IMG/VR virus record: IMGVR_UViG_3300033463_000004
Location: 64,001-128,000 of that record
Length of the DNA: 64,000 nt
Origin: a virus
Lineage: Duplodnaviria; Caudoviricetes
Direction: 5' to 3' (one strand)
Shown here: piece after piece, positions 31,793 to 41,400 of the stretch
Position numbering within the stretch: position 1 is the stretch's first letter
How the letters are laid out: every line of letters starts with the position of its first letter
Position numbers and translations under genes: made by a program
Notes under the pieces: model-generated
What the model was told of the DNA's origin: nothing
Database searches by the model: none
The model's input: only the letters and a program-made list of their open reading frames with translations

Positions 31793-31828
31793 AAATATAA
31801 ATGGGGGCTTTCGCCCCCATTTATATTT
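31793..31828. terminator. Bidirectional terminator, copy 2 of the 36-bp direct repeat
   Basis: Identical to 31515-31550. Confidence 0.85.
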
Positions 31829-31829
31829 T

Positions 31830-34800
31830 TTATTCAAACATAGCAACGAGTTGTTCGATTAACATATCATCTTCATCACTGAATTCAGTATCTTCATCAT
31901 CGAAATAATAATCAATATATTCTGGAAATTCTTCAGAAATTTGATATGCTAAATTTCGAATAGAAGATGACTGTACTTTGATATCACTTACAAGAAACTC
32001 GTCTATGTAATTTGATAAATATTCCAGACCAGTTTTAATTGTGTATGTATTGATAATTTGTCCCTGATACACTTGATCAGGTGTTGTATTATCAAATATT
32101 TGTGCAGGATTTTGATCGAAGTCTGGAACAAACATGGGTCCATCAATTTTTTCATACGGAATATTTTCAAATAATTGTGGTGTGATATAATCTTCACCAT
32201 AACCACCGAACATTGATGGATCACTCATGAATTCAAGTATCGGAGATGGGTCATAGATTTCTGGAATATCAAAAGCGCTTGGAGTATATTCGTCACCAGA
32301 ACCGACATATCTAATTACAATTCCTTGGTTATAACCGTTGGAATTATATTTATTTATATCAATTCCAGATCCATTTGTAGGCATTGAACCATGGCTCAAA
32401 TAATAATTCGCGATGTTCTGACCCTTTACTGATTCAGAATTATTAGTAGGATCACCACCATTGAATCCATACCATTGTCCACCATATTGGAAAGCTGCCA
32501 TATGTGCATGCCACATAGTTTGATCATATCTACCATTTGCTTGTGATGGAAGTGTTATATCACCTGCTTGATATGTCCCATCATTTGCAATTATCCAATC
32601 TTTTGATTTTTTGCCATTTTTATCATAGATATTTGGGCGACCATCAGAGTTATTGATACCCCAACCACCGGGAGTACCATTTGCCCAACCCATATACATA
32701 TTTCCTTGATATGTGTTTGTATAATTACGATTGTTGTCTTTTGGTAAATAATAACCCATACGTTTTACTATTGCTGCCTGTGTACCAGTACACATCGCGG
32801 ACATATTATCAATGACCATTCCATCATCAAAGCGAACATTTTTCAATATAGCGCCGTGACCATATGGTCCATGATCTCGTTTTTGTGCTTTCAATGCAGC
32901 AAGAAATGTTTCAGATGCTGCAGTCAATACTTTCTTTTTTCCTCTTAATGAAGATGACGATGCTGACGATTTACCTTTTGATCGTTTTGTGGTTGACAAT
33001 GTTTTTGATTGTTGCTTCGTTCTGGATATTGAATTTGCTGACGATACCGATGTTCCATTATATCGCCAAATTTTTTTCATACGATCCATACCGCCATTGT
33101 ATACCCATGGTATATCTTTTTTGCCGTTCAAATATGCTACTGCTGCTGCAGGAGATTGAGCAATACCGCAACCACCATCGAGACCACGAGGAGAACCCTG
33201 CAGATCAACAATTGGCATTGTAAGGTGACCACTATTGTTACCTGGTGGCGGTGGAAATGCGAGAATATCACCCGGTTCTAGTTTTGATTTAGAATACTCC
33301 AAAACTGTCCAGTCCTTTGATGGAGTCTTTGCAGTAGGTGAATCGTATATTAATGTGTTTTTAGTCTGAGTACCCCATGTTCCTGAACGTAAACCAATAT
33401 CACCAACATCATACCCATTTGCATCTCTGAGAGTATAACCAAGTTCTTGTATTGCAGCGGACATTGTACCAGAGCAGTCTGGACGAATTTGTCTGGTATG
33501 ACCTGAACGAGTTGTAATTGAATTTGGCCATAAACCGTTGCTATATGTTACTGATGGATTTGTTTTTTGATATGCTTCGAAAATCTCGGCAGCTGATTCA
33601 ATTAAATCATCTTTTCCAAGATTACCTGAACCTTTGCGTGAAGAAGATTTTTTAACCTTACGACGTTTTGCTTTTGTCTTTGGACCGACATATCTGATCC
33701 AATAACTCATCGGTGGAGCAATTGCACCGAGTTGATCTGTCCATTGATGATCATTGAACCATCTTCCTGGAACTGGATTCAATTTGGTATCGGTTGGGAA
33801 TTGTCCATGTTTCAAATAGTATTCACCAAGTTTAACAGAACTCGCGAGAGAATCGTCAGCACCACCATTGAAACCAAACCAGTTTCCATCAGCACCTTGA
33901 TATGCTCCCATATGTGCGTGTGCGCCACCGGTTCCATTGAATGTAATGTCACCTGCTTGCGCTCCGCCAGGTCCTCCAAATATCCAATCCTGAGACACAT
34001 TACCATCACGATCATAGATGTTTGGATGACCATCAGAAGCACCCCAACCCCATGAACTTGAACCATGTTGTCCACTGACTTGATACATTTGGTCGTCACC
34101 TTGATATGTGTCAGAATATTGTCTACCATTTGATGGTAAATAATATCCCATACGTTTGACAATTGCTGCCATCATTGCTGTACAATGGACAGGCGAAATT
34201 TTGTCAATAACCATACCATCATCAAATTCAACATCAGTGACTGATGTACCATTCCAATGAAGATCACTACCTGCACGTTTTCTAACAGCAGTAAATACTT
34301 CAGATGCAGCTTGGAAAATATCTCCAGTGCCACCTTCATAATAGTATTCGTCATCGTAATATTCATCATCATCACGTGCTGCATTTATAAAATCTGCAAG
34401 AGCTTGGAAAAGTTTTCCAGAATTTGATTGTGCTTTTTTGTCTTCTTCTTTAAAGAATTTTTCAAAACTATTTTCACCATTATCATCTTTTCCAAATAAT
34501 GTTTCATTAATAAGACTTATTGCATCTGACTCTGTAGCGTCTGCATTTTTCTTTACTCGTTCTTTGACGATCTCAGCAGCGGCCATTGTCCAGTATTTTT
34601 CTTTGTCCTTTTCATATCTAGCACGATATTCTTCATCGGTTTCACCATGAAGTTGTTCATTGTTTATTGTTGATTTAAACAATTCAAAAGCACGATCATC
34701 AATTTCTTTACGTGCATCATCATCCAATCCAGCCGCGTCAAATTGTGCTTTTGTATAAGCTTCCTTATCTTTCGCCGTCTGTAGTTTTGTTTCGGTATCT

Positions 34801-37800
34801 GCCTGATCAATATCAAATAATGAGAAAATTCCAGAAGCTAATGATTTAATATTTGACAAAGCTTCTTGTACTGAATCATCAAACTTATATGGTGCACGTT
34901 CATCTCCAGAACCATAAATACCATCCATCGGAGATCCATTTAATTTGTTAATCGTTGTTTGTTTTTGATTTACAAGTTTCTTTTCTGTCTCATCACTCGT
35001 TGATGTCTTTTCACTCGTTCCAAGTAACTTATTCATTGAACTTGTGGCAAGAGCAATACTACTCTTCAATCCAGAAGTAACATTATCAACACCTGATTTG
35101 AATAAGTTCTCACCGGATTTTGCGATTTCTTTACCTTTTTCATATAAAGAACCACTGCCAAGTGATAATGTTAATACACCGATTGCTGATAATATCCAAC
35201 CATGAACGGTGATGATTGTTCCAAGACCAACTTGAAGAATACCTGTGATAATCTGAAACGCATTTGCAACACCTTGAATGATGGGAACAATTACAGTTTC
35301 CATCACAGCGGTCAACGGAACAACCAATATATCCAAAACATCTGTAACAATTTTGAGAATCGGTTTTAATATATCCATCATCTGTTCAAGCAATGGACCA
35401 ATTGCTTCGAATATCGGTTGCATGATGTCGATAATTGATATGACTATATCAGAAAGATAACTTACAATCTTATTCAGAACTTTCCCAATTGTTTTCATTG
35501 TTGGTTTGATTGCTTTGTACAATGATTGGAAAGCTTTGTTCAAAGGTTTCAATGAATTCGTCAATACTTTATGGATCATATCAGTAATCAGTTTGAAACC
35601 TTTCATTGATACAACAACTGTTAGAACAGCTTGTAATATTCCAGAAAGAACACCAAGTAATCCACCAAGTATCTTACCCATATCAAATGCAAGTGATTTC
35701 TTTTTCTGTTTCTGTTGTTGTTTTTTCTTTTCTTCTTCAGCCTTTTGTTTATTAAGAGCTGTATCAAATAAATTCTTAAATTGATCTTGAATATCATCAA
35801 TCACATTAAAAATCTTATTGAATACAGATCCCATAGGTGACGTTGAACTTAATATAGAATCAATCTTTTCTGATGATTGATCTGATAATGAACTTGGTGT
35901 AATTTTTGATTTTTCTTTTTGATGTTTTGAAAATGATGAAAGAACACCTTGACCAAATTCACTCTTGCCAAGTTTATCTTTTATCTTATTGCCAATATTT
36001 GAAATTGCTTTTCCTGGAGCGCTTTCTTTCAGCATATCTGTTAAACCACCAAACAATGAATCTGAATCATTAGTGGTAGCTGTCTTTTGTTCTGATTTCG
36101 TCGTTGTTTTTGTATGCTGCCGGGGCTTGACACGAGTTTTAATTCCAGTGAATCCTTCTTTAACAGCGTTTGCTCCAGTCTTCATTTTATTTACAGAATC
36201 AGAAAGCATGGATTTGACAAAGTTTGTCACACTATTATTCAAAAACAGTTTTGCACCAGAAATAATTTTTGTAAAGAAACTTTTTGCAGTTGATAATATA
36301 AACAGAAATGTTTTACCAATGAATGATTTCTTTTCTTCCTTCTTAGAACTGCGTTCGATTGAACCTGACACAATTGTTTTCAATCGTTGTTGAACATTAA
36401 AATTCCTCATTGTTCCAAGTTGCTGTGTAATATTATTTGCGTTTGTATTTCCAGAAGATGCAGACGCCATTAACATATACGATGCTTCATTGACTTTTTC
36501 TTCATCTTCTTCATCTGTTTTATTTTCAGATGTCTTTTCTGGCACAGTAACAACTGGTACATCCACATTCGTTTCAAGTTGTGGTTTTTCATTCATTTTG
36601 TCACGAGTTGTATGTTGTGCTTTAATAGATTTGAATCCTTTATTTGCATTAACAAAATAAACATTTACGCCACGATTCAGAATTTCAAATATCTTAGATA
36701 TAATCAATAAACGATTTCGTTGTTGTCCCATTAAAAGATTTTCCATTACATCAGTAGCGGAATCTTCGATTTTTTCATTCAAATCAGCAAAAGATGTAAT
36801 GGGTTTATCCAGCTCTTCTAATTGTTCTTTTGATAATGATTCACGTTGAACATATCCATCCCGAATCAATTGTCGAAGAGTCTTCCCCTCAAATTCAAAT
36901 CGAGATGAATCATACTTCATACGTTCCAACGCACGTAAATCAAACATTTTTTGTGTAAATTGTACATCAGTCACTTTTGAAGATTCTGCAATATTTCGTT
37001 TTGCTGCATTATCTAAACCATACAACGCACGATTAATTGCTGATGCAAAATTGGATCGATAATTTTTATCAGCAATCAATTTTGATGAATAAACTGATAT
37101 AATATCCAACCAATATTTTGCAGTTTTGCCTTTACCTTTTGCAAGTAATTCTGCAATGTGTAAATGTAATCCTTGATCTCCGCCATTGATAAAGAAATCT
37201 GGACTCAAATGATTCGTGGAATGTTCTGATGAATATATGTAATACACATATTGTTGCACCATAATACGGAGAACTTCACGCATATCTGCTGATGTAAATT
37301 CATCATCAATATTCTTTACAGATTCATATGTCTCTTTAATTTGTGATTCTGAAATAGATGTAGAATCGAAAGTAACATCAATCGATTTTACAAATTTATT
37401 TTCAATTGCAGCAGTTGTTAAACTTCCATTCGCAGCAATGTTATATTTCTTTCCAGTCAAAGCATTCGTAATCTGTTTCAAATAATCAGGAATAATCGAT
37501 ATGATTGTTTTACGAACCATATTATCGAATATAGCCGGATTTCGATCAAAACCACCTTCAACAAATCTTCCATAATCTTTTACATACGAACCATAAGGAT
37601 TCATATGTTTCTTTATGAATGGAATCTCAAATATTTTTGTAAGTAAATTATGCTGGAATGATTGTACTTTTTCATTTACTTTTCTATCAATAACAGTCAA
37701 TCCAGTCATATCCATCAATGATTCTGTAATTGATTTCGTAACTTGCTGGCGGTTATTCTTGATATAATTTGATAACGAATCAACTGTAAGTCTTCCAGAT

Positions 37801-38366
37801 GATTGATGTAATTGATTCTTTCTTTGTTCTTTTCGTATTTGGTCCAACATGTTGGATGAAGATTGAATTAATAAATCCAATTTCTTTGAAATTTCTAATG
37901 TGGTTGAATCAATCGTACGTAAACTTGCTAATGTTTCTGCAGAACGATCATTGATTGTACTGATAATCATCGATGCATTATATAATTTCGATTCAATTTG
38001 TTTTGATGCAATCTTATGCATTTCACGATTACGTGCACGTATAAGATCTTTCATGTTATCTGCATCAAGAACTTTTGTTTCTTGTTCTTCTGAATTATTA
38101 TATCTGAAACCCGCATCAAATTCTTCATCGTCAGTTTCTAATGGAGAAGTTGTATTATATGGATCTTCAGATTTATTTGAGAACCATTGGAATACAGAAC
38201 GAATATGTTTGTTATTACGTTTTAATTCAGAAACTTGAAGTGACGTGTTTTGATATGTTCCCATGATACTCGACTTAATCTTTGAGGCGTCTGTTGCAAT
38301 TTGTCGAACGGTTGTGTACGTCGACGAATGTGACAATATATCACTCATCAAGTTTGCCATATTCAT
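31830..38366 (-). CDS. Giant tape-measure/ejection-like protein B with three NlpC/P60/CHAP-like domains
   Basis: Amphipathic TMP-like repeats; Cys-His modules 'HCTAMMAAIVKRMGY..AGDI..HAH', 'PDCSG..PGDIL..GH' and 'MCTGTQAAIVKRMGY..AGDI..HAH'; start at 38366 or 38360. Confidence 0.75.
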   Translation of the reverse strand: MNMANLMSDILSHSSTYTTVRQIATDASKIKSSIMGTYQNTSLQVSELKRNNKHIRSVFQWFSNKSEDPYNTTSPLETDDEEFDAGFRYNNSEEQETKVLDADNMKDLIRARNREMHKIASKQIESKLYNASMIISTINDRSAETLASLRTIDSTTLEISKKLDLLIQSSSNMLDQIRKEQRKNQLHQSSGRLTVDSLSNYIKNNRQQVTKSITESLMDMTGLTVIDRKVNEKVQSFQHNLLTKIFEIPFIKKHMNPYGSYVKDYGRFVEGGFDRNPAIFDNMVRKTIISIIPDYLKQITNALTGKKYNIAANGSLTTAAIENKFVKSIDVTFDSTSISESQIKETYESVKNIDDEFTSADMREVLRIMVQQYVYYIYSSEHSTNHLSPDFFINGGDQGLHLHIAELLAKGKGKTAKYWLDIISVYSSKLIADKNYRSNFASAINRALYGLDNAAKRNIAESSKVTDVQFTQKMFDLRALERMKYDSSRFEFEGKTLRQLIRDGYVQRESLSKEQLEELDKPITSFADLNEKIEDSATDVMENLLMGQQRNRLLIISKIFEILNRGVNVYFVNANKGFKSIKAQHTTRDKMNEKPQLETNVDVPVVTVPEKTSENKTDEEDEEKVNEASYMLMASASSGNTNANNITQQLGTMRNFNVQQRLKTIVSGSIERSSKKEEKKSFIGKTFLFILSTAKSFFTKIISGAKLFLNNSVTNFVKSMLSDSVNKMKTGANAVKEGFTGIKTRVKPRQHTKTTTKSEQKTATTNDSDSLFGGLTDMLKESAPGKAISNIGNKIKDKLGKSEFGQGVLSSFSKHQKEKSKITPSSLSDQSSEKIDSILSSTSPMGSVFNKIFNVIDDIQDQFKNLFDTALNKQKAEEEKKKQQQKQKKKSLAFDMGKILGGLLGVLSGILQAVLTVVVSMKGFKLITDMIHKVLTNSLKPLNKAFQSLYKAIKPTMKTIGKVLNKIVSYLSDIVISIIDIMQPIFEAIGPLLEQMMDILKPILKIVTDVLDILVVPLTAVMETVIVPIIQGVANAFQIITGILQVGLGTIITVHGWILSAIGVLTLSLGSGSLYEKGKEIAKSGENLFKSGVDNVTSGLKSSIALATSSMNKLLGTSEKTSTSDETEKKLVNQKQTTINKLNGSPMDGIYGSGDERAPYKFDDSVQEALSNIKSLASGIFSLFDIDQADTETKLQTAKDKEAYTKAQFDAAGLDDDARKEIDDRAFELFKSTINNEQLHGETDEEYRARYEKDKEKYWTMAAAEIVKERVKKNADATESDAISLINETLFGKDDNGENSFEKFFKEEDKKAQSNSGKLFQALADFINAARDDDEYYDDEYYYEGGTGDIFQAASEVFTAVRKRAGSDLHWNGTSVTDVEFDDGMVIDKISPVHCTAMMAAIVKRMGYYLPSNGRQYSDTYQGDDQMYQVSGQHGSSSWGWGASDGHPNIYDRDGNVSQDWIFGGPGGAQAGDITFNGTGGAHAHMGAYQGADGNWFGFNGGADDSLASSVKLGEYYLKHGQFPTDTKLNPVPGRWFNDHQWTDQLGAIAPPMSYWIRYVGPKTKAKRRKVKKSSSRKGSGNLGKDDLIESAAEIFEAYQKTNPSVTYSNGLWPNSITTRSGHTRQIRPDCSGTMSAAIQELGYTLRDANGYDVGDIGLRSGTWGTQTKNTLIYDSPTAKTPSKDWTVLEYSKSKLEPGDILAFPPPPGNNSGHLTMPIVDLQGSPRGLDGGCGIAQSPAAAVAYLNGKKDIPWVYNGGMDRMKKIWRYNGTSVSSANSISRTKQQSKTLSTTKRSKGKSSASSSSLRGKKKVLTAASETFLAALKAQKRDHGPYGHGAILKNVRFDDGMVIDNMSAMCTGTQAAIVKRMGYYLPKDNNRNYTNTYQGNMYMGWANGTPGGWGINNSDGRPNIYDKNGKKSKDWIIANDGTYQAGDITLPSQANGRYDQTMWHAHMAAFQYGGQWYGFNGGDPTNNSESVKGQNIANYYLSHGSMPTNGSGIDINKYNSNGYNQGIVIRYVGSGDEYTPSAFDIPEIYDPSPILEFMSDPSMFGGYGEDYITPQLFENIPYEKIDGPMFVPDFDQNPAQIFDNTTPDQVYQGQIINTYTIKTGLEYLSNYIDEFLVSDIKVQSSSIRNLAYQISEEFPEYIDYYFDDEDTEFSDEDDMLIEQLVAMFE

Positions 38367-38404
38367 TCACTTCCTTTCAATATAAAATTATAATTATGAA
38401 TACA

Positions 38405-38426
38405 GAAGGGCTCGTGAGAGCCCTTC
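38405..38426 (-). terminator. Hairpin between the giant paralogs
   Basis: gaagggctc-gtga-gagcccttc; weak U tail. Confidence 0.55.
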
Positions 38427-38445
38427 CATATCCATTTTATATACA

Positions 38446-41400
38446 TTATCCGACAGACAGACGTTCGACCTGTCTGGGGATACCTTGGTCTGGAAAAGCA
38501 GCTTCATTTGATTGCTTACTTGTCCGTCCTGTTGTGGATGCAGTTTGTCCACGTTTTTTACGTTCTTTCATCAACTTTAACATTCCGGCCAACAACGATT
38601 CGATCTCTTCGGAACGAATGTTGTACGTATTCGACATTAACATATCGATGACAGCATCACCGGTATGATCAACTGCATAATTATTTACGACAGTCGGATA
38701 TGCTTGTTGTTCAATTTGATCCATTGAGAACAATGATGACAATCCTTGATCGAATCCACCACCATAATTTGTAGATGGTATAAATACAGAAGATACATCA
38801 CCATTGCCTTTATTATTCAGCATGTCAACATATGATTGACGTCTTGAATGATCATTTGTTTCAGTATATGTTGTCGTACCTGTTGTAGATGAATTGTTAA
38901 TCACATTTATACCATTATTCACTTGCGCAGATGAAACATCTGGCCAATAAATTGAGCCATCTTTATTTACTCTGATTCTACCTGCAGATTTATTATTCTT
39001 AAAATAAACATTTCCATCTGATGTATCATAGTATAATTTATATCCATTATGATATGCATTATTGTTGAAATCATTCGCCATGTCACCACGGGACAATTTA
39101 TTTGCATAAGAATTTGAATAATTTGTATAAATAGCTTGCCAAATTTTACGCAAATCAACATCAGATGTTCCTGTTGTAATAACACTACTCTGTTGTGCCG
39201 TACTACTTGATGAATTCTTAAGTTGTTGCTCACCGTTGATGAAACTTCTTGCATTTTCACCAGCGTGTGTTTTATAATAACTATCTGTATCAACATAAAT
39301 CTTCATGAACTTTCCGCTACCTAAGTTTGCTTGTCGTTCAACATATTTATGTTTATTTGTAAACGCTTGTGCATCAGCAGTTGCATTTCCAGTTGGTACA
39401 TAGTAATCAAATAATTTTTGATTAGCTTTGTTATAGGCCGTACCAGTTCGTCCTGTTATTGTTGTTGAATATCTATATGGGGTACCATCCGTTTTATCAG
39501 ACAATGTGGTGTATGATGATTGAGCCGATGTTGCTGCAGCCGGAACAGTTGCGCCGAATCCTTCAGATTCAGTCAATGATGTTGGTGATGTTGATATTGT
39601 CGATGATGTATTATAACGAATATTAGATCTTCTACCACCTTCATCAATATACCCTTCATCAAGCAACCAGTTGTATACACCAACAGCTGTTCCAATATAC
39701 TTACGCGGACCTTCCATTTGGTGAATGACTGCAGGAACCAAAGCTGTACGATACCAATGTTCAGATCCTTCAATCAAATCTTCTTTATTCATATATGGTC
39801 CATATCGATCACCGAAGTCAAGAGCCCATCCGTCTCTACCTGTCGCAGCCATATATGCTCGTAAATCAGCATCGTCATATTGGTTATGTGACACAAGAGC
39901 ACGACCGTCTTTTGTATCCTCGTCAAAATATGTGCGTTGGATATATTGCAATTGTTTTTCAACTGTATCGCCATAATCAACACTCGTATCAACCCAGTTC
40001 ATTAGACCGACTGCCTGTTGACTATTCGAGTCATATGTGACATTTAAGAGTGATTTATCACCCCATAATTTATCACCACCGTCTTCCCAGATGCCCATAG
40101 ATGTTATAGCAGCAACTTCCGGACCTGTTAAACCAGCATCAAAAGCAGTTTGCATGAATTTTGAAACACCCGTTTTGTTTTTATGGAAAGACCAAATATC
40201 ACCAGCTTCAAGATCACCCTCATATTCAATTTCGCCGTATGGTGCATTACTACGACTACCTTCATGCCATTTAAAGAATGCATGAGGGTTCAAAATTTCA
40301 CCAGTATCGCCATCCCGGATTTCATAGTGCAAATGCTGACCTGTCGATTCACCGGTACTTCCCATGATACCGAGTTGATCGCCGCCATAAACGTAGTCAC
40401 CGACTTTAACCAATGGACCAGGATCTTCGCGCATATGTGCATAAAGGTGAATGTCTCCACCTTCGTCCTGAATTTTGACATAAGTTCCGTATCCGTCGCC
40501 ATATGATGTCTTAGCAGTTCCTATAACTACACCATCGGTTGTTGAAAGTATTGGGATATCACCGCCTAAAGTGAAGTCAACACCGGAGTGTGCACGTCCA
40601 TCATTAGTACCTTCTGCATCCTTATCAACAGGACGTCCACGCCATCTGAACGGACTTGACATCATAGTTCCCAATAACATCTTATCCATCCACTCACCCA
40701 TGACTGTGTTCGGAACAGCTGTACTAGTCCATCCAGTTGCATCATTTTCAAATACAGAAGGCTGATATTCATCTGTATACAACCGTGCACCATTATCAGA
40801 ATAGAATCCAGCATCTTCGTCATCATCCCAATAGTCACCAATCATATCTTGTAACTTGGAGAAGAACATTCCTTGTGATACACTGTCATTGTGTTTCTTC
40901 ATGCCTTCTGTTAAGCTGTCAAACAATCCACCTTTTCGTTCACCGGTTTCAGAATCAAATTCTCCAAGATTCTTTTTGATAAATCCTGGTAATGTTTCAT
41001 CTGTATAGCCAGCAGCTTTCTTGGCAGCATCTTCGAGACGTTTTGTACCAGCGACAGTGATATAGTGATTGTAAGTTGTGGTTTTCTTAAATCGTTTTTC
41101 ATATTCAGCGTTCGTTTCGCCTTTATATTTTGGATTTTCTTGTTTAAATAATTCAAATGCTTCTTTTTCTAATTTTTGTTTTTCTTCATCTGTCATATCA
41201 CCAAGATCAGTCAATACTTTATCATATTTCAATTTATCTTGTTCATTCTTGAGTTTTGCTTCAGTGCTTTCTTCACCTGTAAAGATTCCAATGATACCAC
41301 CGACAAGATCTTTCAATGTTTGCAACGCTTCTTGCACTTCGTCAGAGAACGAATATGGATATGTAGCATCACCAGATCCGTATACATTGAAAGCACCACG

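Noticed and set aside
31515-31828. Mini-CRISPR (two identical 36-bp repeats)
   Set aside because: The 242-bp interval is far longer than a spacer, the repeat belongs to the terminator family, and there are no cas genes.
31543-31846. Minus-strand 70-aa and 95-aa ORFs
   Set aside because: They cross the terminator hairpins; the + strand 47-aa ORF has a promoter and RBS.
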